Shown in pieces: positions 1-9,480 of a DNA stretch of 64,000 nucleotides. Source of the stretch: an uncultured Verrucomicrobiae bacterium (GTDB taxonomy: Bacteria > Verrucomicrobiota > Verrucomicrobiia > Chthoniobacterales > Terrimicrobiaceae). Below the pieces are notes generated by a model that was not told the DNA's origin, did not search any database, and saw only the letters and a list, made by a program, of their open reading frames with translations. Position 1 is the stretch's first letter; each line of letters starts with the position of its first letter. The position numbers were made by a program, and so were the translations under genes. The stretch is from assembly GCA_963706955.1 (NCBI GenBank), contig CAVPOC010000001.1, positions 1 through 64,000 of the forward strand, written 5' to 3'.

Positions 1-819
1 CGTTCGTCAAGATCAACGAAAACATTCGTGGCCGGGATCTATTCATCATTCAGCCGACCTGTCCGCCAACGAATCAGAACCTCATGGAGCTCCTCATTCT
101 GGTGGATGCCGCCCGAAGGTCGAGCTCCGCCCGAATAACGGCCGTCATTCCGTTCTTTTGGCTATGCCCGCCAAGACCGCAAGGATCAGCCGCGAGTGCC
201 GATTACCGCAAAGCTGGTCGCCAATCTTCTGGCCGCCGCCGGAGTTCAACGCGTCCTCACAATGGACCTGCACGCTCAACAATTGCAGGGATTCTTCGAC
301 ATCCCAGTCGACCACCTCTACGCCCTTCCGGTGATGATTCACTACTTGCAAGACCTCGGCCTGGGGGATCTGGTGGTCGGTGTCTCCCGATGTGGGAGGA
401 GTCAAGATGGCCTCGGCCTATGCGGAGACGCTCAAGGCGGGTCTCGCCATTGTCGTGAAACGGCGCCTGAGCGCAACGGAGATCGAGGCCGTCACCGTGA
501 TCGGCGAAGTTGAAGGAAAAAATGTCATCCTGGTAGCTAGTTGAGGGATTTAGCGGTCACCTGAGGTGGGGCGGGGGGCACCCCGCGCGAAACAGGGGCC
601 CCTAGATATTTACGCTGGTGTTTCGCACGCAGTCTTGACAGATTTGGCGGTTGAGCGATTGAAAAGCTCTGAAATCAAGGAGCTAATTACGACCGATAGC
701 GTTCCTGTGCGAACGGACGTCAATTCCCGCGTGAAGGTGCTTTCGGTGGCCGAGTTGCTCGGCGAGGGCATCCGGCGCATTCACGATGATGAGTCGGTCA
801 GCTCGCTTTTTGATATTAG
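1..819 (+). CDS. prs: Ribose-phosphate pyrophosphokinase (5' end outside window; several apparent indels, garbled around 530-610)
   Basis: Motifs across frames: [67 protein letters not shown]; lies upstream of rplY-pth. Confidence 0.9.
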
Positions 820-838
820 GAACCCGAAGAAAATAACC

Positions 839-1516
839 ATGTCCAATCAAGTTAAACTTTCCGCCCGTCCCCGCAGCGAAGCGGGGCGCAACGCAGTGAG
901 CCTGGTGCGGGCGCGCGGCGCGGTTCCCGCAGTGATCTACGGGGCCAAAGATGTCGCCACTAACCTCGAAGTTGAAAAAGAGGGACATCGAGAACCTGCT
1001 CGCGCGCGCCGTGAGCGAGAACATCCTGGTGCAGCTGGAGATCAACGATGGACAAAAAACGACCAGCCGACTTTCACTCATCCAGGAGGTCCAGCACCAT
1101 CCCGTCCGCGGCGAGATCATTCACGTAGACTTTCACGCGGTTTCAATGAACGAAGAAATCGACGCAGAAGTCGTCCTTGAGCCCGAGGGAGAGCCTGTCG
1201 GCGTCAAGACCTTTGGCGGTTTGTTGCAACAGAGCATGCGCCTGCTTCCGATTCGCTGCCTGCCTCAGGATTTGCCCGAGATCTATTGTGGTTGACGTTT
1301 CAGGTCTGAACATTGGCGATACCCTTCATGTTCGCGATATAGAGCTTCCGGCTGGGGTGACCGCCGTGCCCGATGAGGAGCTGACCGTATTTCTGGTCTC
1401 CGAACCCACCGTCGCCGAGGAGCCAGTCGCGGCGTCCGAAGAGGCGGTCGCCCCGGAGATCATCAAGGAAAAGAAGGGCGAGGAATCAGAAGCGACCGCG
1501 GAGCCGAAGCAAGTAA
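839..1516 (+). CDS. rplY: 50S ribosomal protein L25/Ctc (frameshifted in this sequence)
   Basis: VPAVIYG, IQEVQHHPVRGEIIHVDF, GEPVGVKTFGG, VDVSGLNIGDTLHVRDI spread over 3 frames. Confidence 0.9.
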
Positions 1517-1534
1517 AGAGCCCGGCTCTGGCGC

Positions 1535-2100
1535 GTGGAGCATGCTACCATCTTTCGTCTGGTCGTTGGGCTCGGCAATCCAGGCCGACAATTCGCCGGG
1601 ACTCGGCACAATATTGGGTTTTCGGTTGTCGAGGAGCTCGCTCGCCGGGCTGCAGTCTCGTTCCGGTTTGAACCGAAGTGGGATGCCGAGGTCGCCTTGT
1701 TTGGCGGGCGCCTTCTCATGAAGCCGCAAACCTTCATGAACTTGAGCGGCGAGGCGGTCGCAAATTACGCCCGTTACCATCGGATCAATCAGTCGGAAAT
1801 TTTGATCATCGTCGATGACGCTGCCCTTCGACTGGCGAACTGCGGCTCATTTCCGCCGGAAGCACCGGAGGGCACAACGGACTCGAATCAATCTTGGTCC
1901 ACCTGGGCACTGAAGCGGTGCCGCGGCTTAGAGTTGGCATCGGCGCGGCTTCAGGCGTCCTCACCGACCATGTCCTTGGAAAGTTTGAATCGTCCGAGCT
2001 CGAGGTCATGGAAGCGAATGTGAGCCGCGGGCGGATGCCGCCGAATGCCAACGCCCATGGGATTGAAGCCGCCATGAACCTCTACAATAGAAAACAATGA
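1535..2100 (+). CDS. pth: Peptidyl-tRNA hydrolase (frameshifted in this sequence)
   Basis: LVVGLGNPG, TRHNIGF, KPQTFMNLSG, GGHNGL, RLRVGIG, AMNLYN. Confidence 0.92.
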
Positions 2101-2414
2101 AAAAACGCTACGAAGCTCTTCTTGCCCTCTCCACGCGTGGCAAGGAAGAGTCGGTCAAGGAAATCATCGAACGCCTGGAAAAAACCATCGCCAGTGAAGG
2201 CGCCACCATCGAGCAGGTGCAGCGCTTCGAGAAGCGCGAGTTAGCTTATCCATTGAAGCACCTCAACAGCGCCTACTTCGTCAACTTCATCTTCGAAGCC
2301 GATTCGCAGCTGATCGACAAGCTGCGCGCCAAATTGAAGCTGGACGAAGATGTCGCTCTGCAGAATTATCTACACCTGCCTCCGAAACGACAAGCGACTG
2401 AGACAGCAGCATAG
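2097..2414 (+). CDS. rpsF: 30S ribosomal protein S6
   Basis: KRYE...KRELAYPL..SAYFVNF; lies between pth and ssb. Confidence 0.9.
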   Translation: MKKRYEALLALSTRGKEESVKEIIERLEKTIASEGATIEQVQRFEKRELAYPLKHLNSAYFVNFIFEADSQLIDKLRAKLKLDEDVALQNYLHLPPKRQATETAA

Positions 2415-2422
2415 GAGATCAA

Positions 2423-2877
2423 ATGGCTAGCCTGAACAAAGTCATGCTCATCGGTAACGTCACCCGTGATCCCGAGGTGAAATTCACCCCAAAGGGAAGC
2501 GCCGTGGCGGATCTGGGACTGGCTGTTAACCGCGTCTACACCAACCAGTCCGGTGAAAAGACCGAAGAGGTCACCTATGTCGATGTCGAGCTCTGGGGCC
2601 GATTGGCTGAAATTGCCGGCGAGTACGCCAAGAAAGGCCGTCCCGTGTTCATCGAAGGTCGGCTACGGCTGGATTCCTGGGAAGACAAACAATCGGGGCA
2701 GAAGCGCAACCGCCTCAAGGTGGTCGCCGAGGGACTTCAGCTTCTCGGTTCCCGCCCCGGCGGCGGTGGTGGCGGTGCCGACTATGAGGGAGAAGGAGAA
2801 GCTGCCGCAAAGCCGCCTCGTCCTGCTCAGCCCGCTCCGCAGCTAGCGAGCCGGCCGACGACGACATTCCATTCTGA
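2423..2877 (+). CDS. ssb: Single-stranded DNA-binding protein (indel near the 3' end)
   Basis: MASLNKVMLIGNVTRDPEV, GRPVFIEGRL; acidic tip DDDIPF* in a shifted frame ending at 2877. Confidence 0.95.
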
Positions 2878-2903
2878 GAATTTTTCGTCCTGCGACCTGA
2901 TCA

Positions 2904-3749
2904 ATGATCAGTTCTTCAAGTCCGGTGACGGTCGGCGGCGTTCAAGAGCACTACGACGAGCTGGATCGCTACTATCGCGAAATCTGGGGCGAGCACGTGC
3001 ACCACGGGCTGTGGGAGCGCGGCGATGAGACCGTCCATGAAGCTGTCCTCAACCTGATTAGAAGTGTCGCTCGGCATGGGGAGATCACAGCCGGCAAGCG
3101 CGTGTGCGATGTGGGATGCGGATACGGAGGATCGGCGCGGGTTCTCGAGACTGAATTCGGAGCGAGCGTTTCGGCAATCACCGTTTCTGCGGCCCAATAC
3201 CGCTATGCCGTCGCCCAGCGGGGTGACGTCTGCAGCCCGGAATATCTCTTGGGCGATTGGGCGACCAATACGTTGCCCTCGGACGCTTTCGACACTGTTA
3301 TCTCGATCGAAAGCTCCGAGCACATGCAGGATAAGCCGATGTTCTTTGCCCAGGCACATCGAGTCCTGAAGACTGGTGGACGCATGGTAGTTTGCGCCTG
3401 GCTTGCGGTAGAAGACCCAACCAGAGTCCATCGGCGTCACCTTCTTGAACCAATCTGCCGCGAGGGCAGGTTGCCGGGAATGGGAACCGAGGCCGACTAC
3501 CGGAAATGGTTTTCCGAAGCGAACCTTGAAGTGGACTCCTTCGAGGATGTCAGCGCGCGCGTGCGAAAGACCTGGTCGATCTGTCTCGTGCGAGCTTTGG
3601 ACAGCGTCTTTCGGCGTCCGCAATATCGGCGATTTCTCTTCAGCGCCGGCGCGCGCAATCGTGTCTTTCTCCTGACCATGGTCCGCATCTGGCTCGCCTA
3701 CGCACTCGGTGCGATGCGCTACGGTATATTCAAGGCGCGCAAGTCTTAG
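2904..3749 (+). CDS. Class I SAM-dependent methyltransferase (tocopherol/sterol MT-like)
   Basis: WGEHVHHGLW, VCDVGCGYGG, SIESSEHM. Confidence 0.85.
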   Translation: MISSSSPVTVGGVQEHYDELDRYYREIWGEHVHHGLWERGDETVHEAVLNLIRSVARHGEITAGKRVCDVGCGYGGSARVLETEFGASVSAITVSAAQYRYAVAQRGDVCSPEYLLGDWATNTLPSDAFDTVISIESSEHMQDKPMFFAQAHRVLKTGGRMVVCAWLAVEDPTRVHRRHLLEPICREGRLPGMGTEADYRKWFSEANLEVDSFEDVSARVRKTWSICLVRALDSVFRRPQYRRFLFSAGARNRVFLLTMVRIWLAYALGAMRYGIFKARKS

Positions 3750-3777
3750 GAAGCTCGATGGGCCAAGCGGCTCGGAG

Positions 3778-5397
3778 CTACAATCTCGTCGGCCGATTTA
3801 TCTCCATCGCGACGAGGCAGACGTCATCGTTGAACTCCTGTGTTGCGGAGAACTGCTGGACTTCATCGATGATGCCGCGGCACAAGTCGATGACCGGTAG
3901 CTCGGAGCGATTGCCGACCGCTTTGGAGAGCTGCTGATAATCGTAAAGCTTGCCGCCGGACCCCTCGACTTCGAACAAGCCGTCGGTGAAGAGCAGGATG
4001 ACATCGTGCAAGGAGAGCTTGCAACGATGCGTCTCATACACCGCTCCGTCGAAGAGGCCAAGTGCCGGGCCGGGCGGTTCTTCCATTAAGGGCGAAGTGA
4101 GCCCTTCGGTGATCTTTTCTTTGTGCGCCAGATGCAGCGGGTTGGGATGCCCGGCGTTGGCATAGCGCAACTGACCCTTGCCCAGATCTGCCACCACGTA
4201 AAATGCCGAAGCAAAAAGCGTGATATCGCTGTTCTTAAAAGCTCCGAGCATCGCACGATTGATCGCCACGAGGAGCTCTCCCGGCTTGGTCCACAGCGGA
4301 CGCAACTCGCTGACCACTGAACGAACAATCGCCGCCACCAGCGCAGCGCGCACGCCGTGCCCCATGACATCGCAGATGAATAACCCTGCCCGCTCGTCGG
4401 AAATCGCCAGCACGTCGAAAAAATCACCGCTCACGATCATCGACGGTCTGAAGAATGGATAAAATCGAACCGCACTCTCTTCCTCGCTGGCATGACGGGG
4501 AAAACTCGGGAAACGCTGCGGCATCAGGGCACATTGGAGCTCGCGAGCCATTTCGAGGTCCTGCTCCAAAGACTTGTTCTTCGCCCGAAGTTCCTCTGTG
4601 AGGCGTGCCAATTTTTCTGTGGCGCGCTTCTTCTCGGTGATATCGCGGGAAATCCCAAAGGTTCCGATGATTTTGCCTTGAGCGTCGCGCAGAGGCATCT
4701 TTGTCGTTGAGACCCAAGTGTCTTCCTTGTCCGGCCAGGTTTCCTTCTCCTCGTAGTCAACAATGGGAACTCCTGTGCGCATGATCTCCCGTTCGTCTGC
4801 CCGTGCGATTTCGGCATGTTCAAGGGAGAAGAGATCCCGGTCTGTCAATCCGATTATCTCCGAGGGATCGTTCCGCCCATGCCAATTGACCAGGGCTCGA
4901 CTGACGGCAATGAAGCGACTGTCAACGTCCTTGAAATAGATCTGCTGAGGCAGGTTCTCCATCAGGGTGGTCAGGAGATTACGCTCCTGTTCGAGTGCCG
5001 ATTCGGTCTCGCGGCGCTCGGTAATGTCCCAGGCCACGCCGACGAGACGTTCGATCTTTGCCGTGGTGTCGCCGTGCACTGTCGACCGGATCCTTAACGT
5101 ATGCTCGCTCGCATCGGAGGGCCATCTGATCCGGAACTCGGTATCTACAGCGCTGCGGGTGGATATCGCCCCGGCGAACTCTTCGCGAATCCGTTGTCGG
5201 TCTGCTTCGTGAATCAGATTCAGAAAGTCATCAAAGCATCCGTCAAAAGTTTTCCGCGGGAGTCGAAAAAGAGCGAGCATCCGCTCATCCCACCACATCG
5301 AATCGGCAGGCAAGTCCCAGTCCCAGGTCCCCATTCCCGCGGAACTCAGAGCGAGATGTAAGCGATCTTGCTCGCTGCTAACCTGTGCATTGCTCAT
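3778..5397 (-). CDS. PAS-PAS-SpoIIE/PP2C (RsbU-like) phosphatase
   Basis: GTWDWD and IYFKD PAS motifs; SGDFFD, CDVMGHGV, NAGHP, LFTDGL, DDVC. Confidence 0.9.
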   Translation of the reverse strand: MSNAQVSSEQDRLHLALSSAGMGTWDWDLPADSMWWDERMLALFRLPRKTFDGCFDDFLNLIHEADRQRIREEFAGAISTRSAVDTEFRIRWPSDASEHTLRIRSTVHGDTTAKIERLVGVAWDITERRETESALEQERNLLTTLMENLPQQIYFKDVDSRFIAVSRALVNWHGRNDPSEIIGLTDRDLFSLEHAEIARADEREIMRTGVPIVDYEEKETWPDKEDTWVSTTKMPLRDAQGKIIGTFGISRDITEKKRATEKLARLTEELRAKNKSLEQDLEMARELQCALMPQRFPSFPRHASEEESAVRFYPFFRPSMIVSGDFFDVLAISDERAGLFICDVMGHGVRAALVAAIVRSVVSELRPLWTKPGELLVAINRAMLGAFKNSDITLFASAFYVVADLGKGQLRYANAGHPNPLHLAHKEKITEGLTSPLMEEPPGPALGLFDGAVYETHRCKLSLHDVILLFTDGLFEVEGSGGKLYDYQQLSKAVGNRSELPVIDLCRGIIDEVQQFSATQEFNDDVCLVAMEINRPTRL

Positions 5398-5550
5398 GAG
5401 AAAGAACGGAGGAAGTAATTCTCAAGATCCCATTTGCAACGATTCCCATCAGGTGCCTGCGGCTTGGAGCGGGTAGGGGAACTTCTCATCCTGGCAAAAT
5501 TCACATCAGTCCTCGATCTCAGCGGGCTCGCGGACTGGTCAAAGAGACGG

Positions 5551-5760
5551 TTAGCCGTCGAGCGTGAAGCCCACCTTGATCGTGACCTGCCAGTGCCCGA
5601 TCTTTCCATCTTCGATGTGGCCGCGAGTTTCGACAATCTCGAACCAGCGAAGATTACGCAGGCTCCCGGATGCCTTGGCTAAGGCGTTTTTGACCGCATC
5701 CTCGATGCCTTCGGCGGAGGAGCCCACAAGTTCGATCTTCTTGTAGATATGATTGCTCAT
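5551..5760 (-). CDS. Dodecin (flavin-binding protein)
   Basis: [15 protein letters not shown]...[11 protein letters not shown]...[11 protein letters not shown]. Confidence 0.92.
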   Translation of the reverse strand: MSNHIYKKIELVGSSAEGIEDAVKNALAKASGSLRNLRWFEIVETRGHIEDGKIGHWQVTIKVGFTLDG

Positions 5761-6065
5761 ACATCCAAGAGTAACGCCGCCGCTGTGCTGACACCAATCT
5801 AATCTTCGCGCGTCTTCCTGGAGTAGCATCCCCTTTTTCGCCGGGAGGTGCGACCTTTCTGCAGGACATTATTAGAAATTCTGTTTGTTTTCTAAAGTCA
5901 CAAGAGCCTTTGCACTAGATGGATGTGACATGTAACTGCACTACGTCACCGTTGCTAGCAGAAAATTACCTTGCGCAGAGTAATGCATGATGTATTCTAA
6001 TTTTAGGTTTAAGGGGAACTTTTCCAGCAGTGGGTCGATAGGGGTATCGACAGGGGGGAAATAGA

Positions 6066-6100
6066 TGTCGCCGCGGTGTCCGAGAGGTGCCGCGGCGACA
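6066..6100. terminator. GC-rich hairpin, probable intrinsic terminator
   Basis: Perfect 11-bp stem TGTCGCCGCGG/CCGCGGCGACA, 25 nt past the stop of the minus-strand gene. Confidence 0.5.
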
Positions 6101-6124
6101 ACGTTTTCAGGTTTCGGTCAGCGC

Positions 6125-6619
6125 TTAGGGTCCACCAGAGAGGGAGAGGTCGGAAATGTCCTGCTGGAGATATGCAGCGACTATCTCGACAACCAGAGAG
6201 TGGTCTTCTCGCTGGGGCAACCCTGAAACGGTGATGGTTCCAACGCATCCGGTGCCCCTCAAGAAAATCGGGAACGATCCGCCATGGTGCGCGTAATCGC
6301 GGGCGTCCAGGACATCGAGGCTGAGTTTTTCCGACTTCACCATCAGTCCGATCGCATAAGAACTCCGGAAGAACCGTCGCACGATATTGCGTTTGCGCCG
6401 CACCCATTCGGGGTTGTCCGGCGTTGTCCCTTGGCGCGCAAAATAGAAGAGGGGAAGTCCATGCAGCTGAATGTCGATCACAATGGCAAGCTGCCGTTCT
6501 TCGGCGACCGCGCGAAGTTGACTCCCTAGATCCCAGGCGGTTTGTGCGTCGAAGTGATCAAATTGCAGACGCTCTTCCTGCAAGGCGATTCGTTGGAGAT
6601 CGTCCTCAATGTTGTTCAT
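6125..6619 (-). CDS. Heme-degrading domain protein (UPF0303/GlcG-HbpS-like)
   Basis: QEERLQF..FD..TAWDLG, PDNPEWVRRKRN, GGSFPI, VSGLPQREDH. Confidence 0.85.
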   Translation of the reverse strand: MNNIEDDLQRIALQEERLQFDHFDAQTAWDLGSQLRAVAEERQLAIVIDIQLHGLPLFYFARQGTTPDNPEWVRRKRNIVRRFFRSSYAIGLMVKSEKLSLDVLDARDYAHHGGSFPIFLRGTGCVGTITVSGLPQREDHSLVVEIVAAYLQQDISDLSLSGGP

Positions 6620-6693
6620 TGATGGCCCGAGTGAACACGGTCGGTCCTGCGCATGCGATGAAAATTGCCAACCTTCGAGATCCACACGATTAG

Positions 6694-7920
6694 ATGAAGA
6701 TGCAAACCGGTCAGAGGTACGCCCCAGCGGGCGAGAAGGAGCGACCGGGTCCGGTGCTCGCGGTGTTGCTGGCGGTGAGTTTCGCGCATTTGCTCAACGA
6801 CACCATTCAAGCGATCATCCCGGCGATCTACCCGCTGTTGAAGGAGAGCTTCCAGCTGACCTTTGCGCAAGTGGGCCTGATTACTCTGACATTCCAACTG
6901 ACTGCCTCGATCCTGCAACCGATCGTCGGACTTTACGCAGACCACCGGCCGGTGCCGTTCTCGCTCGCTGCCGGCATGGGAGTGACGCTTCTCGGTCTGA
7001 TCCTGCTGTCAGTTGCGGGTAGCTATGCCCTGCTCTTGATTGCCGCCGCACTCGTTGGCATGGGATCATCAATTTTCCATCCCGAGGCTTCACGGGTGGC
7101 ACGTCTTGCCTCCGGCGGCAAACACGGTTTGGCGCAATCACTCTTTCAAGTGGGCGGCAACGCGGGAAGCTCGTTTGGCCCGTTGCTTGCGGCGATCATC
7201 ATCGTTCCGTATGGCCAACTAAATACTGGGTGGTTCACGCTGGCTGCCTTTGTTGGCATCGTCGTGCTCGTCTGGATCGGAAGGTGGTATCAACAAAGAC
7301 TCGCCGGAAATCAGATGGCGACGGGCGAGCTTCACTCTGGAATGGTAGGTCTGACTCTTCCACGGCGACAAATCGCCGGTGGCGTGCTCGTGCTCATCGC
7401 ACTGATTTTCTCGAAATACTTTTATCTCGCGAGCATGTCGAGTTACTTCACGTTCTACTTGATCCACAAGTTCAACACCTCGATCCAGTTGGCGCAGGTA
7501 TTCCTCTTCATATTTCTTTTCTCTGTAGCGGTCGGAACGATCATAGGAGGTCCGGTTGGTGACCGATTCGGACGCAAGGTAGTGATCTGGATTTCGATTC
7601 TCGGAGTGGCCCCCTTTTCGCTCCTCCTGCCACACGTCGGCCTATTCTGGGTGGGCGTGCTTTCCGTTCCCATTGGACTAATCCTGGCATCGGCGTTTTC
7701 GGCCATTCTCGTTTACGCCCAGGAATTGATTCCAGGGAAAGTCGGTTTGGTAGCCGGGCTCTTTTTTGGCCTCGCGTTTGGGATGGGAGGGATCGCTTCG
7801 GCCTTGCTTGGCGAGATCGCCGATCGGACGAGCATCGAGTTCGTGTTCCTGATCTGTTCATTTCTCCCGTTGATTGGTCTCTTGACTTATTTCCTGCCGA
7901 AAGTGCCAGGCGAACGATGA
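6694..7920 (+). CDS. fsr: MFS transporter, fosmidomycin-resistance (Fsr) family
   Basis: HLLNDTIQ, SSIFHPEASRVA, QSLFQVGGNAG, GLFFGLAFGMGG. Confidence 0.85.
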   Translation: MKMQTGQRYAPAGEKERPGPVLAVLLAVSFAHLLNDTIQAIIPAIYPLLKESFQLTFAQVGLITLTFQLTASILQPIVGLYADHRPVPFSLAAGMGVTLLGLILLSVAGSYALLLIAAALVGMGSSIFHPEASRVARLASGGKHGLAQSLFQVGGNAGSSFGPLLAAIIIVPYGQLNTGWFTLAAFVGIVVLVWIGRWYQQRLAGNQMATGELHSGMVGLTLPRRQIAGGVLVLIALIFSKYFYLASMSSYFTFYLIHKFNTSIQLAQVFLFIFLFSVAVGTIIGGPVGDRFGRKVVIWISILGVAPFSLLLPHVGLFWVGVLSVPIGLILASAFSAILVYAQELIPGKVGLVAGLFFGLAFGMGGIASALLGEIADRTSIEFVFLICSFLPLIGLLTYFLPKVPGER

Positions 7921-7936
7921 CGCCGATCTCCGCTTG

Positions 7937-8518
7937 TTAGGCTCTCGCGGCCGGAAGCAAGCTGAGGATCTCGTCGGTAGTTCCCAATTCTCCGAGCATG
8001 GGGAAGATCCAATCCAGGCTCCGAGCATGCGCATCGGCGTTTAGATCTGTCACGGCATCAACGGCGATGGTGACATTGTATCCATGTTCAAATGCCTGGC
8101 GTGCGGTGGATTCGACTCCCATGCTCGTGGCGATGCCCGCCAGCACGATACCAGTCGCTCGGCGGCGGCGCAGTTGCAGGTCTAGTCCGGTTCCAAAAAA
8201 CGCGCCCCACTGCCGTTTCGTGATCAAGATATCGCTTGGCTGCTGGTCGAGGGCCTTTTCAAGTTCCGAGTAATCCGGCGAGAGTGGTCCGATTGCGCGC
8301 GCGCTAGCTACTCGCAGGCGGAGGCGATCTGCTTCATCTGCCGAGTAGGCCACGCGAACGAGCATGACCGGAAGGCCGTAGGCGCGGAAGGCGGCGGCCA
8401 GGCGGCTGGCATTCGCCACGACCAATTCGGTGGGATGAATAGTCGGCAGTCGGGTGATTCCTTTCTGCAGATCGATCAGCACGAGAGCGGTTTGAGGATC
8501 GAGGGCCGTCGGCTTCAT
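7937..8518 (-). CDS. Isochorismatase-family cysteine hydrolase (YecD-like)
   Basis: TALVLIDLQKGI, ITKRQWGAF, GIATSMGVESTAR; ATGA overlap with the upstream gene. Confidence 0.88.
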   Translation of the reverse strand: MKPTALDPQTALVLIDLQKGITRLPTIHPTELVVANASRLAAAFRAYGLPVMLVRVAYSADEADRLRLRVASARAIGPLSPDYSELEKALDQQPSDILITKRQWGAFFGTGLDLQLRRRRATGIVLAGIATSMGVESTARQAFEHGYNVTIAVDAVTDLNADAHARSLDWIFPMLGELGTTDEILSLLPAARA

Positions 8519-9480
8519 GAGGGGGGATCGTGGGCAAGCTTGTGCCGCATAAGCGTCCCAAAAAGAATCGTCAGAGCGGAAGCAAGAATGAGGATGCCGC
8601 CCACAAGGGTCTCGGTGTTCGGCACTTGCCCGTAGAGCAGCCAATCGAAGATGGCCGCTGCGACGAGCGAAAGATAAAGGAATGGCCCCAAGTTTGCGGG
8701 GTTTCGCACGTTATGATAGGCCACGGATTTTGCGTATTGATTGAGAACGCCGAAGATGCCGAGCTCGATCACTACCGCCAGAATTTGCCATCGGCGGAGC
8801 TGTTCAAGGGCAGTGATGGTCGGCTCCCAGACGAACGGCAGCGGGACGACTGAACTAAGCGTAAGCAATACGTAGAAGGGGAAAAGGCTCCTCAAAGGAC
8901 TCTCCTCGTGGTGGCTCATTTGATGAAAGGCAAGTTGCGAGCAGGCATTGAAAAACCCTGAGGCAAGCGCCACAAGCACTATGCTATCGAGAGTCTCGGC
9001 AAAGGGATTTAGCACCAAGACTACACCGGCAAACCCCAGTAGCAGACTCACGACTGTCCGAATCCCGAAGGTAATCCCAAGGAGCAAACGTGCCAGAATC
9101 GGGCTGAAGAGTGGGCCGGTATTGTAGAGCAGCATTCCGATCAACAGCGATCCATGCGCGAGATAGTAGAATAGACAAAACTGGGAAATAAGCACCGATG
9201 CCACCCGCAACCAGTCGAGACGACCGATCGCTTTGAGCGTCTGCAGAGCGTCACTCCGCAAGACAATGAGAATCACCACAGCTGAGGCCAGATAGCGCAG
9301 GAAGAGTGCCGGCAAGACAGAAAGTTCGCGCGCGACGAGCTGTCCGAGCAGACCGACAAGGGCCAGAAACAACGCCGAAACCGACGCCATGGCAAAGGCG
9401 TAGGGACGGTTCAGAGTAGGAGGACGAGCGCCCGCCGCTACCTCCTCCGTCGTCCGCCTAATATCCGATGGCGACTCCAT
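8515..9480 (-). CDS. DMT/EamA family transporter (start uncertain)
   Basis: About 10 hydrophobic segments in two repeats; LYNTGPLFSPIL, GFAGVVLVLNP. Confidence 0.8.
   Translation of the reverse strand: MESPSDIRRTTEEVAAGARPPTLNRPYAFAMASVSALFLALVGLLGQLVARELSVLPALFLRYLASAVVILIVLRSDALQTLKAIGRLDWLRVASVLISQFCLFYYLAHGSLLIGMLLYNTGPLFSPILARLLLGITFGIRTVVSLLLGFAGVVLVLNPFAETLDSIVLVALASGFFNACSQLAFHQMSHHEESPLRSLFPFYVLLTLSSVVPLPFVWEPTITALEQLRRWQILAVVIELGIFGVLNQYAKSVAYHNVRNPANLGPFLYLSLVAAAIFDWLLYGQVPNTETLVGGILILASALTILFGTLMRHKLAHDPPS

Noticed and set aside
530..610. Apparent foreign insertion in prs
   Set aside because: Length roughly matches the expected PRPP-binding segment; it looks like a low-quality garbled stretch, not an insert
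1..2877. Frameshifts in prs, rplY, pth and ssb as pseudogenisation or programmed frameshifting
   Set aside because: These are core genes with intact motifs on both sides of single-base indels; sequencing/consensus error is the simplest explanation
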